Source: Candidatus Methylomirabilota bacterium | Lineage (GTDB): Bacteria > Methylomirabilota > Methylomirabilia > Rokubacteriales > CSP1-6 | Length of the DNA stretch: 64,000 nt | NCBI GenBank assembly: GCA_046727155.1 | Contig: JBKPCB010000027.1 | Span: 2,626 to 66,625 of the forward strand | Direction: 5' to 3' | Shown here: piece by piece, positions 29,376 to 37,854 of the stretch | Numbering within the stretch: position 1 is the stretch's first letter | How the letters are laid out: every line of letters starts with the position of its first letter | Notes under the pieces: generated by a model | The model's database searches: none | Seen by the model: the letters and a program-made list of their open reading frames with translations, nothing else | Told to the model about the DNA's origin: nothing | Translations under genes and position numbers: made by a program

Positions 29376-31355
29376 TCATCGCGCCGCCTCGACGGCCGCG
29401 CTGGTGTGCCGGATCGCGCGCTCGCGGGCGCGGAGGGCCGAGCGGCCCAGCGCGACCAGGCCCGGCACGTCGATGATGAGGGCGACCCGGCCGTCTCCCA
29501 GGACGGTGGCCCCGGCGATCCCCTCGAGTTTCCTGAAGTTGGCCTCCAGGCTCTTGATCACGACCTGTTGCTGATTCAGGAGCTCGTCTGCCAGCAGGCC
29601 GAGCCTCCGCCCCTCGTCTTCCACGATGACCACGAGCCCATGGCTCGGGTCATCGCCGTCGGCGCTCACGCCGAAGAGCCGGGCGAGCCGGAGGATCGGG
29701 AGAGCCTCGGATCGAAGCGTGATGACCTCACCGCCGCCCGGCAGGTCCCGAAAGTCCCCGCGCCTGGCCTGGACGGACTCGACGATGGAGGCCAGCGGCA
29801 GGATGTAGGTCTCCCCTCCCACCCGCAGCGTCTGCCCGTCGAGGATGGCAAGTGTGAGCGGGAGCTTGAGCCTGAATGTCGCGCCCCGCCCGGGCTCGCT
29901 CTGAATCGCGATGGAACCGCCGAGGAGCCCGACATTCCGCTTGACCACGTCCATTCCGATCCCGCGGCCCGAAATCTCGGTGACGCGCTTCGCAGTGGAG
30001 AAGCCGGGGTGGAAAATCAGGTCGAAGACCTGCTCGTCGGTCATGGGCTCCTTGCCGGAGAGGAGGCCGGCCGCCGCCGCCTTGGCGAGGATGGCCGCGC
30101 GATCCAGCCCCCGGCCGTCGTCGCTGATCTCGATGTAGATGCTCCCGCCCTGCTGGTATGCGCGGAGCCCGAGCCGGCCGGCCTCAGGCTTGCCGGCCCG
30201 CCGCCGCGTCTCGGGATCCTCGATGCCATGGTCTACCGCGTTCCGCACGAGGTGGAGGAGCGGGTCGCTGATCTGCTCGATGATGCTCTTGTCGAGCTCC
30301 GTCTCTTCGCCCGACATCTCGAGCCGGACCTGCTTGCCGAGAGCCTGGGCGAGGTCACGGATGGTGCGCTGGATGCGTCCGAAGGCCACGCGAATGGGGA
30401 GCATGCGCACGGCCATGACGCGGTCCTGCAGGGTCCGCACGTGGCGCCCCATCTGGGCCACGGCTCGCTCGAGCTCGTCGATGCGGTCGGGCGTCAAGGT
30501 GGCCACCGATTCGGCCATCATCGAGTGGGCGATCACGAGCTCGCCAGCCAGGTCGACGAGCCGATCCACCCGCTCCGTCGCGACGCGGATCGTCGTCGCC
30601 TCGCTCGGAAGCGCGGCCGGCTCCGCAGGCCCGCGAGCCGCCGCGTCGTGGGCGGGCTCGATGATTACCGCGGCTGGATCGCCGACGAACTCGAAGCAGG
30701 CCTCGATCCGGCCCCTCGGCTCCACGCTCTTCAGCCAGCAGTCGAATCCGAGATAGGCGCGCTCGGGATCCAGCTCCTCGAGGGGCGGCAGGCGGCTCGT
30801 GTCCACTCCCACCCGCATTACCTCTCCCAGCTCGCCGAGGGCATCGAGGATCCTGATCGGGTCGAGCCCGCGCTGGAGAAGGTCTGGCGGCGGGCTGAGC
30901 CGGATCCGGTAAACCGTCGGGCTTGCGTCAGATCCGCGCCTCGGTGCCGCCGGCGCATCCGGCGGCGCCACCCGCCGCGTTTGCCTGATCGCGCGGAGGC
31001 CACGGGTGACGTCGTCCAGGCGCTCCACCTCTCGCGAATCTCGATCGCGCGCGCGCTGGAGCAGACAGCGCAGGACGTCCGCCGATGCCAGAAACAGGTC
31101 CATATGCTCCAGGGGCGCCGTGCTCGAGCTCCCGCGGAGTCCCGTCAGGGCGTCCTCGAGCACGTGGGCAAAACGCACGATGGCCTCGAAGCCGAGCATG
31201 GCGCCGGTACCCTTGAGCGTGTGGAGGCCGCGGAGGATTCGGTTCAGCGTTTCCGGATCCTGCGGCGCCCGCTCGAGCCGAAGCAGGCCTTCCTCGAAAT
31301 CGTGAATGGTCTCCGCGGCCTCCTCGAAGAAGAGCTGGAGCGTGAGGTCGTCCAT
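29376..31355 (-). CDS. cheA: Chemotaxis histidine kinase
   Basis: The domains are Hpt ([10 protein letters not shown]), a dimerisation/HATPase domain ([24 protein letters not shown]) and a C-terminal CheW-like domain. The start is [10 protein letters not shown] at 31355. Confidence 0.9.
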   Translation of the reverse strand: MDDLTLQLFFEEAAETIHDFEEGLLRLERAPQDPETLNRILRGLHTLKGTGAMLGFEAIVRFAHVLEDALTGLRGSSSTAPLEHMDLFLASADVLRCLLQRARDRDSREVERLDDVTRGLRAIRQTRRVAPPDAPAAPRRGSDASPTVYRIRLSPPPDLLQRGLDPIRILDALGELGEVMRVGVDTSRLPPLEELDPERAYLGFDCWLKSVEPRGRIEACFEFVGDPAAVIIEPAHDAAARGPAEPAALPSEATTIRVATERVDRLVDLAGELVIAHSMMAESVATLTPDRIDELERAVAQMGRHVRTLQDRVMAVRMLPIRVAFGRIQRTIRDLAQALGKQVRLEMSGEETELDKSIIEQISDPLLHLVRNAVDHGIEDPETRRRAGKPEAGRLGLRAYQQGGSIYIEISDDGRGLDRAAILAKAAAAGLLSGKEPMTDEQVFDLIFHPGFSTAKRVTEISGRGIGMDVVKRNVGLLGGSIAIQSEPGRGATFRLKLPLTLAILDGQTLRVGGETYILPLASIVESVQARRGDFRDLPGGGEVITLRSEALPILRLARLFGVSADGDDPSHGLVVIVEDEGRRLGLLADELLNQQQVVIKSLEANFRKLEGIAGATVLGDGRVALIIDVPGLVALGRSALRARERAIRHTSAAVEAAR

Positions 31356-31738
31356 TACCCGGCCTCCGCCTTCTTCCAGAGGAGCTGTCCGACCAGGCGG
31401 CGGAGCTGATCGGGATTGAATGGCTTCACGATCCAGCCCGTCGCGCCCGCGGCGAGCCCGCGCTGCTTCATCTCCTCCCCCCATTCCGTGGTGAGAACGA
31501 GGACCGGAGTGAACCGGAACAACGGGAGCGCACGCAGGGACCGAACGAAGCTGATACCGTCCATGCCCGGCATGTGAACGTCCGTGATCACCAGGTCTGG
31601 AGGGGTGGCCTGCAGCACCGCGAGCGCTTCCTCGGCATCCTGACCCTCGACCACCTCGTACCCGTCCGGCGTCAGGGCGGCCCGGATCATCCCGCGCATG
31701 CTCCGGGAGTCCTCGACGATCAAGACCCGGGCGACCAC
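31355..31738 (-). CDS. cheY: Chemotaxis response regulator (single REC domain)
   Basis: It has RVLIVEDS...DVHMPGMDG...KPF. The start codon is uncertain (GTG at 31738 or ATG at 31792). Its stop overlaps the cheA start. Confidence 0.75.
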   Translation of the reverse strand: MVARVLIVEDSRSMRGMIRAALTPDGYEVVEGQDAEEALAVLQATPPDLVITDVHMPGMDGISFVRSLRALPLFRFTPVLVLTTEWGEEMKQRGLAAGATGWIVKPFNPDQLRRLVGQLLWKKAEAG

Positions 31739-31760
31739 CGACTCGCGTCCTCTCGCCGCC

Positions 31761-32474
31761 CTACTTGCGCTCGGAGAAGTGCTGGTCGGCAACTGTCTGG
31801 CGCCACGGACCTGAGCCCGCGGGCGACCCGATGCGCGCCTCGAGCCTGATGGGGGGCAGCGTATTCGTCTCCAGGGGGATCTTCAGGCTCGCGAGGATCT
31901 CGAGCAATCGCCCCTGAATCCCGTCGATCGCCTTGATGGCCGAGCTGAGATGCTGCGCCGTGAGGTCCTGGAACTCCATGGCGGACGTGATGGCGGTCAT
32001 CCGGGTCGTCATGGCGCAGCTCGCCTCCCGAGCCTCGAGAAGCGCGGCGTTCGCGTCCAGATTGGAGGCGTTCACGAAGGGACCGAGCCGCGTCAAGGCC
32101 GCCAACAGCCGCTGGTGCTCGACGGTGAGCCCATCGGCTTCGTCGAGCACGCGGTTCACCACCGACTCGGTGGCGCCGACCATGGCCGTAAGGGTCGAGG
32201 CCACCGCGGGCAGCGTGTGCTCCGAGGTTGGGCGGAGATTGGCAATCGTGGTCTGGACCAGGCTGAGGACCGAGTTGAGACACTGCGCCAGCTCCGTCAG
32301 GAGGTATCCGGCATTCGCCTCGGCTGGAGCGCCCGGTGAGACCTCCTTCACAGCCGACAATAGCTGCCTGACCTTGGCTTCCATTTGGGGTGCAGCGAGC
32401 GACGCGGGTACGGGCCCGGCCGTTCCGCTCACTCCTTCCCCTCCCGCCGTCGCACTCACCTTGTCCGGCTCCAT
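31761..32474 (-). CDS. cheZ: CheZ-like chemotaxis phosphatase (divergent)
   Basis: It contains MEFQDLTAQHLSSAIKAIDGIQGRL, matching the CheZ catalytic-glutamine QDLTGQ region. The predicted long helices are consistent with CheZ. Confidence 0.55.
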   Translation of the reverse strand: MEPDKVSATAGGEGVSGTAGPVPASLAAPQMEAKVRQLLSAVKEVSPGAPAEANAGYLLTELAQCLNSVLSLVQTTIANLRPTSEHTLPAVASTLTAMVGATESVVNRVLDEADGLTVEHQRLLAALTRLGPFVNASNLDANAALLEAREASCAMTTRMTAITSAMEFQDLTAQHLSSAIKAIDGIQGRLLEILASLKIPLETNTLPPIRLEARIGSPAGSGPWRQTVADQHFSERK

Positions 32475-32549
32475 CTCATGGCACTCCTTGTGTGATCGCC
32501 GTCGGGCCCGCGCGCCGGTTTCGGGCGCGGCCGAGCGCGCGACCCGAGG

Positions 32550-32984
32550 CTACGGCCCGACCAGACTCGTGCGCGAGGGCGCGCCGCCGGCGCGACTCTG
32601 CCCGCCGGCCCCGGGCGCCGCGTGGGCCAGGATCTGAGCGATCTTTTCCCTGAGCGTTGTGTATTCGAAGGGCTTGATGATGTAAGCGTTGACCCCCGCC
32701 TCGGCGGCCAGGTGGATTTCCTCCTCCCGCCCGATCGCGGTCACCATGAGGATGGGGAGCTTGGCACCAGCCCGTGTGGCCCGGATCTTCAGGACGAGTT
32801 GCAGCCCGGTCATCTGCGGCATGGCCCAGTCGGTGATGAGGAAGTCGATATTCTCCGAATTGAGCACGTCGAGCGCCGCCTTGGCGTCCTGGGCCTCGAC
32901 CACCTGCTCATAGCCCAGCACCTTCAGTTGGTTCTTGATGATGCGTCGCATCGTGGCCGAATCATCGACGACGAGAAAGCGCAT
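32550..32984 (-). CDS. cheY: Chemotaxis response regulator
   Basis: MRFLVVDDSATMRRI...DWAMPQMTG...IKPF is a canonical CheY of about 144 aa. Confidence 0.8.
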   Translation of the reverse strand: MRFLVVDDSATMRRIIKNQLKVLGYEQVVEAQDAKAALDVLNSENIDFLITDWAMPQMTGLQLVLKIRATRAGAKLPILMVTAIGREEEIHLAAEAGVNAYIIKPFEYTTLREKIAQILAHAAPGAGGQSRAGGAPSRTSLVGP

Positions 32985-33321
32985 AGTCGCGATCCCCCCA
33001 GTTCTCCCCGTACGAGTGGACCGCGCTGGTCCACAGGGACGAGGCTCCTTACCGAGACAGCAAGCCTTGTGCCCTGAACCCGGGCCACAGGAAGGCATGT
33101 TTTTCAGGTTGTTAGGGATCAAGGCTTCGGCTAGGACGGCCACTTTCGGACCGTGGACTGTCAAAAAGCGTCCTGCCCCGGACTTGAGGCGGTGGGCGAG
33201 GACTGCGTGGCGCTCTGCAGGGAGAAGCTGGCGGTCGTGGCCGCCGGACTTCAGCCGGGGTGAGATAATCGGACTCCGAGCTCTCGACTACCTCCCGCTA
33301 GCGGCGGTCACTGAGGAGACG

Positions 33322-33936
33322 ATGTCGCGGCACTTCTCGATGATCCGGAACTTCCACGTCTCCGATGTCGTCACCCTCGCCAATGGTGGTTGTGGGGCGT
33401 GGGCGATATTCCTCGCCATGGCTCATGCGGGCGGAGCCGGCATCGCGACCATCTACCTGGCCTGCGGGGCCCTCGTCGCGGCGCTGATCTTCGACACGCT
33501 CGACGGACGGATCGCGCGGTGGCGTCATCAGGCGTCGGCCCTCGGGCGCGAGCTCGACTCCCTGGCCGACGTGGTGAGCTTCGGCGCCGCGCCGGCTGCC
33601 CTGGCCTATGCCGTGGGGCTGCGCACACCGCTCGACCAGCTGTGCCTCGTGTACTTCGTGGCCTGCGGCATCAGTCGCCTGGCTCGCTACAATGTCACCG
33701 CCGAGCAGCTCTCCGCAGACACCGGGAAGGTGACGTACTTCGAGGGAACGCCGATCACGACGAGCCTGCTGCTCGTCTTCCTCCTCACCGGCATGGCGGC
33801 AGCAGGCCGCACCGGCGCATACCTGGCCGGAGGCGCGATCGAGATGGGGCGCCTCAGCCTGCACTGGCTGGCGCTGCTCTTCGTTCTCTCCGGCTCCCTG
33901 ATGGTCAGCAAGACGCTTCGTATCCCGAAGCCCTGA
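33322..33936 (+). CDS. CDP-alcohol phosphatidyltransferase family protein (PssA-like)
   Basis: It carries FDTLDGRIAR...GRELDSLAD, the D-G-x2-A-R...G-x3-D-x3-D motif of this family. It is a multi-pass membrane protein. Confidence 0.75.
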   Translation: MSRHFSMIRNFHVSDVVTLANGGCGAWAIFLAMAHAGGAGIATIYLACGALVAALIFDTLDGRIARWRHQASALGRELDSLADVVSFGAAPAALAYAVGLRTPLDQLCLVYFVACGISRLARYNVTAEQLSADTGKVTYFEGTPITTSLLLVFLLTGMAAAGRTGAYLAGGAIEMGRLSLHWLALLFVLSGSLMVSKTLRIPKP

Positions 33937-33952
33937 GGGCAGGAGCGGCGAC

Positions 33953-34177
33953 TCAGGCGGCCGCCACCAGACAGATTCGTATCTTGCCCTCGCGGGCCAG
34001 CATGGCCAGGAAGGCCGTCGCCTCCCCTTCGGACACGCCGGCCGCCTTGGCCAGCTCGGCCGGCGTCATGGGTCCATTGGCAACCAGATGCTCCAGGAAC
34101 AGCTTGTCCACTTCGCCCCACCAGTCGATCACGATCCACCTCCCGGTCTTCTGAGCAGGGAGAGAGGCAACCGGCAT
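33953..34177 (-). CDS. Small hypothetical protein, possible winged-helix fold
   Basis: The 74-aa ORF has an HTH-like stretch MTPAELAKAAGVSEGEATAFLAMLAREGKI. It has no family-level support. Confidence 0.35.
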   Translation of the reverse strand: MPVASLPAQKTGRWIVIDWWGEVDKLFLEHLVANGPMTPAELAKAAGVSEGEATAFLAMLAREGKIRICLVAAA

Positions 34178-34265
34178 GCCACGGAACCATGACGGAATTC
34201 CGGATGGATAGACGGGGGCGGATCTCCGCCCTGCTCATTGATTGAGCGGGTCCCGCCGCTTGCGC

Positions 34266-35225
34266 TCAGCGGTTGGGCAGGCGCGGGGTTTCCCCCGCGG
34301 CTCCGCCAGGAATCTGGATGAACGGCACTACATTGCCGCCCAGGGTGTACTGGGGCAGCCGGCCATCCCAGCGCGCGAGGTACTGCTGCTGGATGAGCAC
34401 CGGGGTCAGGGACGACGAGACCCGGGCATTGTAGGAGGCCTCGGCTTCGCCCTTGATCCTGAGCGCGTCGGCCACGCCCTTGGCCGCGGCCGCCACGATC
34501 TCCGCCTGGCGCTGGGCCTGGATCAGCTCGTAGCGCTTCTGCTCAGCCTTCTGCTCCTCGATCTGCTTGGCCTCGATGGCTTTCTCGTAGGCCGGGTCGA
34601 AGCGGATATTGGCCAGCGCCGCCTCCTTCATCTCCACGCCGTACTTGACGAGCCACGTGGTGACGTCCTTCTGGACGTCGGACTTGATGATCTGCCGTTT
34701 CTGGAGAATTTCGGCCGCGTTGTGTAGCGCCGTATTGGCCTTGAGGACTTCCTGGGCCGCGGGGTCGATAATGACCGACTCGTAGTTGACGCCGATCTTC
34801 TGGTAGACGTCGGGCGCGCGGTCGGGGATCAGGCGGTAATTGAGGACCATCTCGACGTGGACGGCCTGCAGATCCTTGGAGGCCGCGTCGTAGCGTCCCG
34901 TGCGGCGCTGCACCTGGGTGGACATCTGCGTGACGTCGAGCAACGGGTTGATGAAATTGAGCCCTTCCTGCAGTGGCTTGGGCTGGACCTGGCCGAAGAG
35001 TGTAGCCACGCCCACGTGTCCCGCGGGGATGACCTTGAAGGTTGAAAGGAGCACGATCAGGGCCGGCAGAGCGACACCGACCGCGAAGACGGCGCGTGAG
35101 GCCAGGTGCAGGCCCCGCGCGGCGCGCTGCCACGGGCCGCTGGGCGCGGCCGCCATGGAGGCGAGCGCCCGGGAAGCGCCGAGGCCCAGAACGAACAGGA
35201 CCAATGCGAAGATCAGCTTGCCCAT
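34266..35225 (-). CDS. SPFH/Band-7 (prohibitin/HflC-like) membrane protein
   Basis: An N-terminal transmembrane anchor is followed by an SPFH domain and a coiled-coil C-terminus (IEEQKAEQKRYELIQAQRQAEI). Confidence 0.8.
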   Translation of the reverse strand: MGKLIFALVLFVLGLGASRALASMAAAPSGPWQRAARGLHLASRAVFAVGVALPALIVLLSTFKVIPAGHVGVATLFGQVQPKPLQEGLNFINPLLDVTQMSTQVQRRTGRYDAASKDLQAVHVEMVLNYRLIPDRAPDVYQKIGVNYESVIIDPAAQEVLKANTALHNAAEILQKRQIIKSDVQKDVTTWLVKYGVEMKEAALANIRFDPAYEKAIEAKQIEEQKAEQKRYELIQAQRQAEIVAAAAKGVADALRIKGEAEASYNARVSSSLTPVLIQQQYLARWDGRLPQYTLGGNVVPFIQIPGGAAGETPRLPNR

Positions 35226-35365
35226 ACCGTCTCCTCCTGGTGAGTGCCGGTCTTCACGTCTGGCTCGCCCTCTTAGACCTCGGCCGCTGCCGAAAGTTCC
35301 CCATGGATGTCCTCGGCCAATTCTAGAACGGCCATGTCCATGGCACCGCGTTATACTCCGGGACC

Positions 35366-37489
35366 GTGACCGCGCTCCACGCGCTGTTCCATCCCCGCGC
35401 CATCGCCGTCGTGGGCGCCTCCGACGACCCGGTCAAGATCGGCGGGCGGCCTCTGGCGTTTCTGCTCCGCCACGGCTACCGCGGCAGCGTCTTTCCAGTC
35501 AATCCCGCGCGGCCAACGGTGCAGGGGCTGCCCGCCTTTCCGTCGCTCGCGGCTATCCCCGAAGCGGTGGACGTGGCCGTCGTGGTCGTCCCGGCCGATC
35601 GCGTACTCGAATCCCTGGAGGCCTGCGCGGCCAAGGGCGTGCGCGTCGCCATCGTGTTCAGCAGCGGCTTCGCCGAAGTGGGGCAGGCGGGGCGCCGCGA
35701 GCAAGCGCTCATGCGCGACCTCGCGGCGCGCTCGGGCATGCGCATCATGGGACCCAATTGCCAGGGCTTCGCTCACCTGCCTTCCCGGCTGGTGGCGACC
35801 TTCGCCTCCCCGTTCCTCGACGAGGGCCTCGAGATCGGCCCCATTGCCATGGTCAGCCAGAGCGGCGCCATGGCCGGCATGATCTACGAGATGGCGCGCG
35901 CCGCCGGCCTCGGCCTCAACTACTGGGTCAGCACCGGCAATGAAGCCGACGTTCAGGCGGCCGAGATCCTCGCTGAGGTCGTGGAAGACCCCGCGACGCG
36001 CGTGGCGCTGTGCTACCTCGAGGACATCAAGGACGCGGGACGCTTCCGCGATGCGCTCGGCCGGGCCCATCGCCGCGACGTGCCGGTGTTCGTGCTCAAG
36101 TCCGGCCGGAGCGCAGCGGGATCACGGGCCGCGTCCTCGCATACCGGAGCGCTGGCGGGAGAGGACGAGGTCTATGACGCCGTCTTCAGGGATTGGGGCG
36201 TGATCCGATGCGGCGATCCGGCCGATCTCCTCCGGCTCCCTCAGGCCTTCCTGCACTATCGCGCGGCGGGGCCGCGGGTGGCCGTGCTTTCCAACTCGGG
36301 CGGCCTCGGCGTCCTGTCGGTCGATCTCTGCGTCGAGCTGGGGCTCGAGGTGGCCGAATTCGCCAAGGAGACCGTGAGCGGGCTGAGCGCGGCCCTGCCC
36401 GACTTCGCGGCCGCGGCGAACCCGGTGGACCTCACCGCCCAGATTCTCTCGGATCCCGGCATGCTCATGCGGGTGCTGCCGCTGCTCGAGGCCGATCCGG
36501 GAGTGGACATGATCGTGTTCCAAATCGCGCTCTTCGGCGCCGCCACCGACGTGGACCGCTTCGCCCGCGAGGTCGCCGCGATCGCCAAGAGCACGCGAAA
36601 GGTCGTGGCCGTGAGCTGTCCGCAACGCCGCGTGGTAGAGATGTTCCGCAGCGCCGGAGTCCTGACCTTCGACGACGGCACCACCGCCCTGCGCTCGCTC
36701 AGCTGCCTGGCGCACGCGACAGAGCGCCGCGCGCGCTGGCTCGAGCGCACCACCGTGAGTGCTCCGCTGCCACCGACGCCGCCGGCGCGCCATCCGATGC
36801 GGCAGTCTCGCGAGGGATTCCTCAACGAGTGGGAGAGCCGGCGCCTGATCGGATGCTTCGGGCTTCCGCTCGTCGAAACGCGCTTGGTCACGGTGGCCGA
36901 TCTTGCGCCGCGGGCGGCTGAGGAGCTCGGCTACCCCGTGGTCGTGAAGATATGCTCGGCCGACCTGCCCCACAAGTCGGACGTGGGCGGAGTGGCCGTT
37001 GGCCTGGCCGACTCCGCGGCGGTGACGGCGGCCTGTCGGGAGACGGAGGCCGAGGTCCGCCGGCGGGCGCCTGACGCGGTCATCGAGGGCTTTCTCGTCC
37101 AGCGGCAGGCGCGGGGCGGACTCGAGCTCGCCCTGGGCGTCAAGATCGATCCCGTCTTCGGTCCCATCGTGATGGTGGGCGCCGGCGGTGTCCTCGTCGA
37201 GTCGCTGAGGGATTTCCGGCTGCTCCTGCCGCCCGTCGATCCCGCCGGGGCGGAGGAGGCGCTGCGCGCGCTGCGGATCGGGCTGCTCTGGGACGGCGCG
37301 CGCGGCCAGCCGCCGCTCGATCTGCCGGCGGCGGTGGACCTCCTCGTCAGGCTGGGGGAGGCTGCGCGCTCGCTGGCGGGCGCCGTGGAAGAGATCGATC
37401 TCAACCCGGTGCTGGTGCGCCGGCGCGGCGAAGGCGCTGTCGTCCTCGACGCGCTGGTGCGGGTCCCCGCTGGCAGCGAAGCCCCTTGA
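35366..37489 (+). CDS. Acyl-CoA synthetase (NDP-forming), fused alpha/beta, acetate--CoA ligase (ADP-forming) family
   Basis: It has a CoA-binding N-terminus (AVVGASDDP...), a succinyl-CoA-synthetase-like flavodoxin domain and a C-terminal ATP-grasp domain. It is 707 aa. Confidence 0.8.
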   Translation: MTALHALFHPRAIAVVGASDDPVKIGGRPLAFLLRHGYRGSVFPVNPARPTVQGLPAFPSLAAIPEAVDVAVVVVPADRVLESLEACAAKGVRVAIVFSSGFAEVGQAGRREQALMRDLAARSGMRIMGPNCQGFAHLPSRLVATFASPFLDEGLEIGPIAMVSQSGAMAGMIYEMARAAGLGLNYWVSTGNEADVQAAEILAEVVEDPATRVALCYLEDIKDAGRFRDALGRAHRRDVPVFVLKSGRSAAGSRAASSHTGALAGEDEVYDAVFRDWGVIRCGDPADLLRLPQAFLHYRAAGPRVAVLSNSGGLGVLSVDLCVELGLEVAEFAKETVSGLSAALPDFAAAANPVDLTAQILSDPGMLMRVLPLLEADPGVDMIVFQIALFGAATDVDRFAREVAAIAKSTRKVVAVSCPQRRVVEMFRSAGVLTFDDGTTALRSLSCLAHATERRARWLERTTVSAPLPPTPPARHPMRQSREGFLNEWESRRLIGCFGLPLVETRLVTVADLAPRAAEELGYPVVVKICSADLPHKSDVGGVAVGLADSAAVTAACRETEAEVRRRAPDAVIEGFLVQRQARGGLELALGVKIDPVFGPIVMVGAGGVLVESLRDFRLLLPPVDPAGAEEALRALRIGLLWDGARGQPPLDLPAAVDLLVRLGEAARSLAGAVEEIDLNPVLVRRRGEGAVVLDALVRVPAGSEAP

Positions 37490-37722
37490 CAGCCCCCTGG
37501 CCGCGGGTCTTTACTGGAAATGTGACGAAGCCCCGCGGCTCGTCGCGCGCAGTCACCAGAATCCCCGAAGTAAAGGGGAGAGTGAAGATGGACACTCCAC
37601 CGGACTACCAAGCCGCGTCATCGGAGGCAGGACCGCTCCGGTGACGCCAAAGACGCTGCCGTAACCAAACCCCGGCGAACGCCGGGAGGCGCAACGGAAG
37701 TTGCGCCGCACAGCCAGGGTCG

Positions 37723-37749
37723 CGCGGGCGGGAGGCTCGCTCCCGCCCG
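37723..37749. terminator. Strong GC hairpin (gcgggcgggagg-ctcg-ctcccgcccgc) in the 365-nt convergent intergenic region. It has no U-tract.
   Basis: The perfect 11-12 bp stem was read directly. It is one of at least 3 hairpins in 37600-37760. Confidence 0.3.
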
Positions 37750-37854
37750 CCCCCTTCAACCCCTCCGCCGGCCCGCCTGCGAAGTGCGCTTCTGCCGCTC
37801 AGCGTCGTTCGCCTGCCAGATGATGCAGTCGCCTCGCTCAGGGTGAGAGGTTGA

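Noticed and set aside
31720-32283. Alternative long ORFs overlapping the CheZ-like gene.
   Set aside because: They share the same strand in a different frame and have a Gly/Arg-rich translation. The CheZ-like frame carries the conserved QDLT motif.
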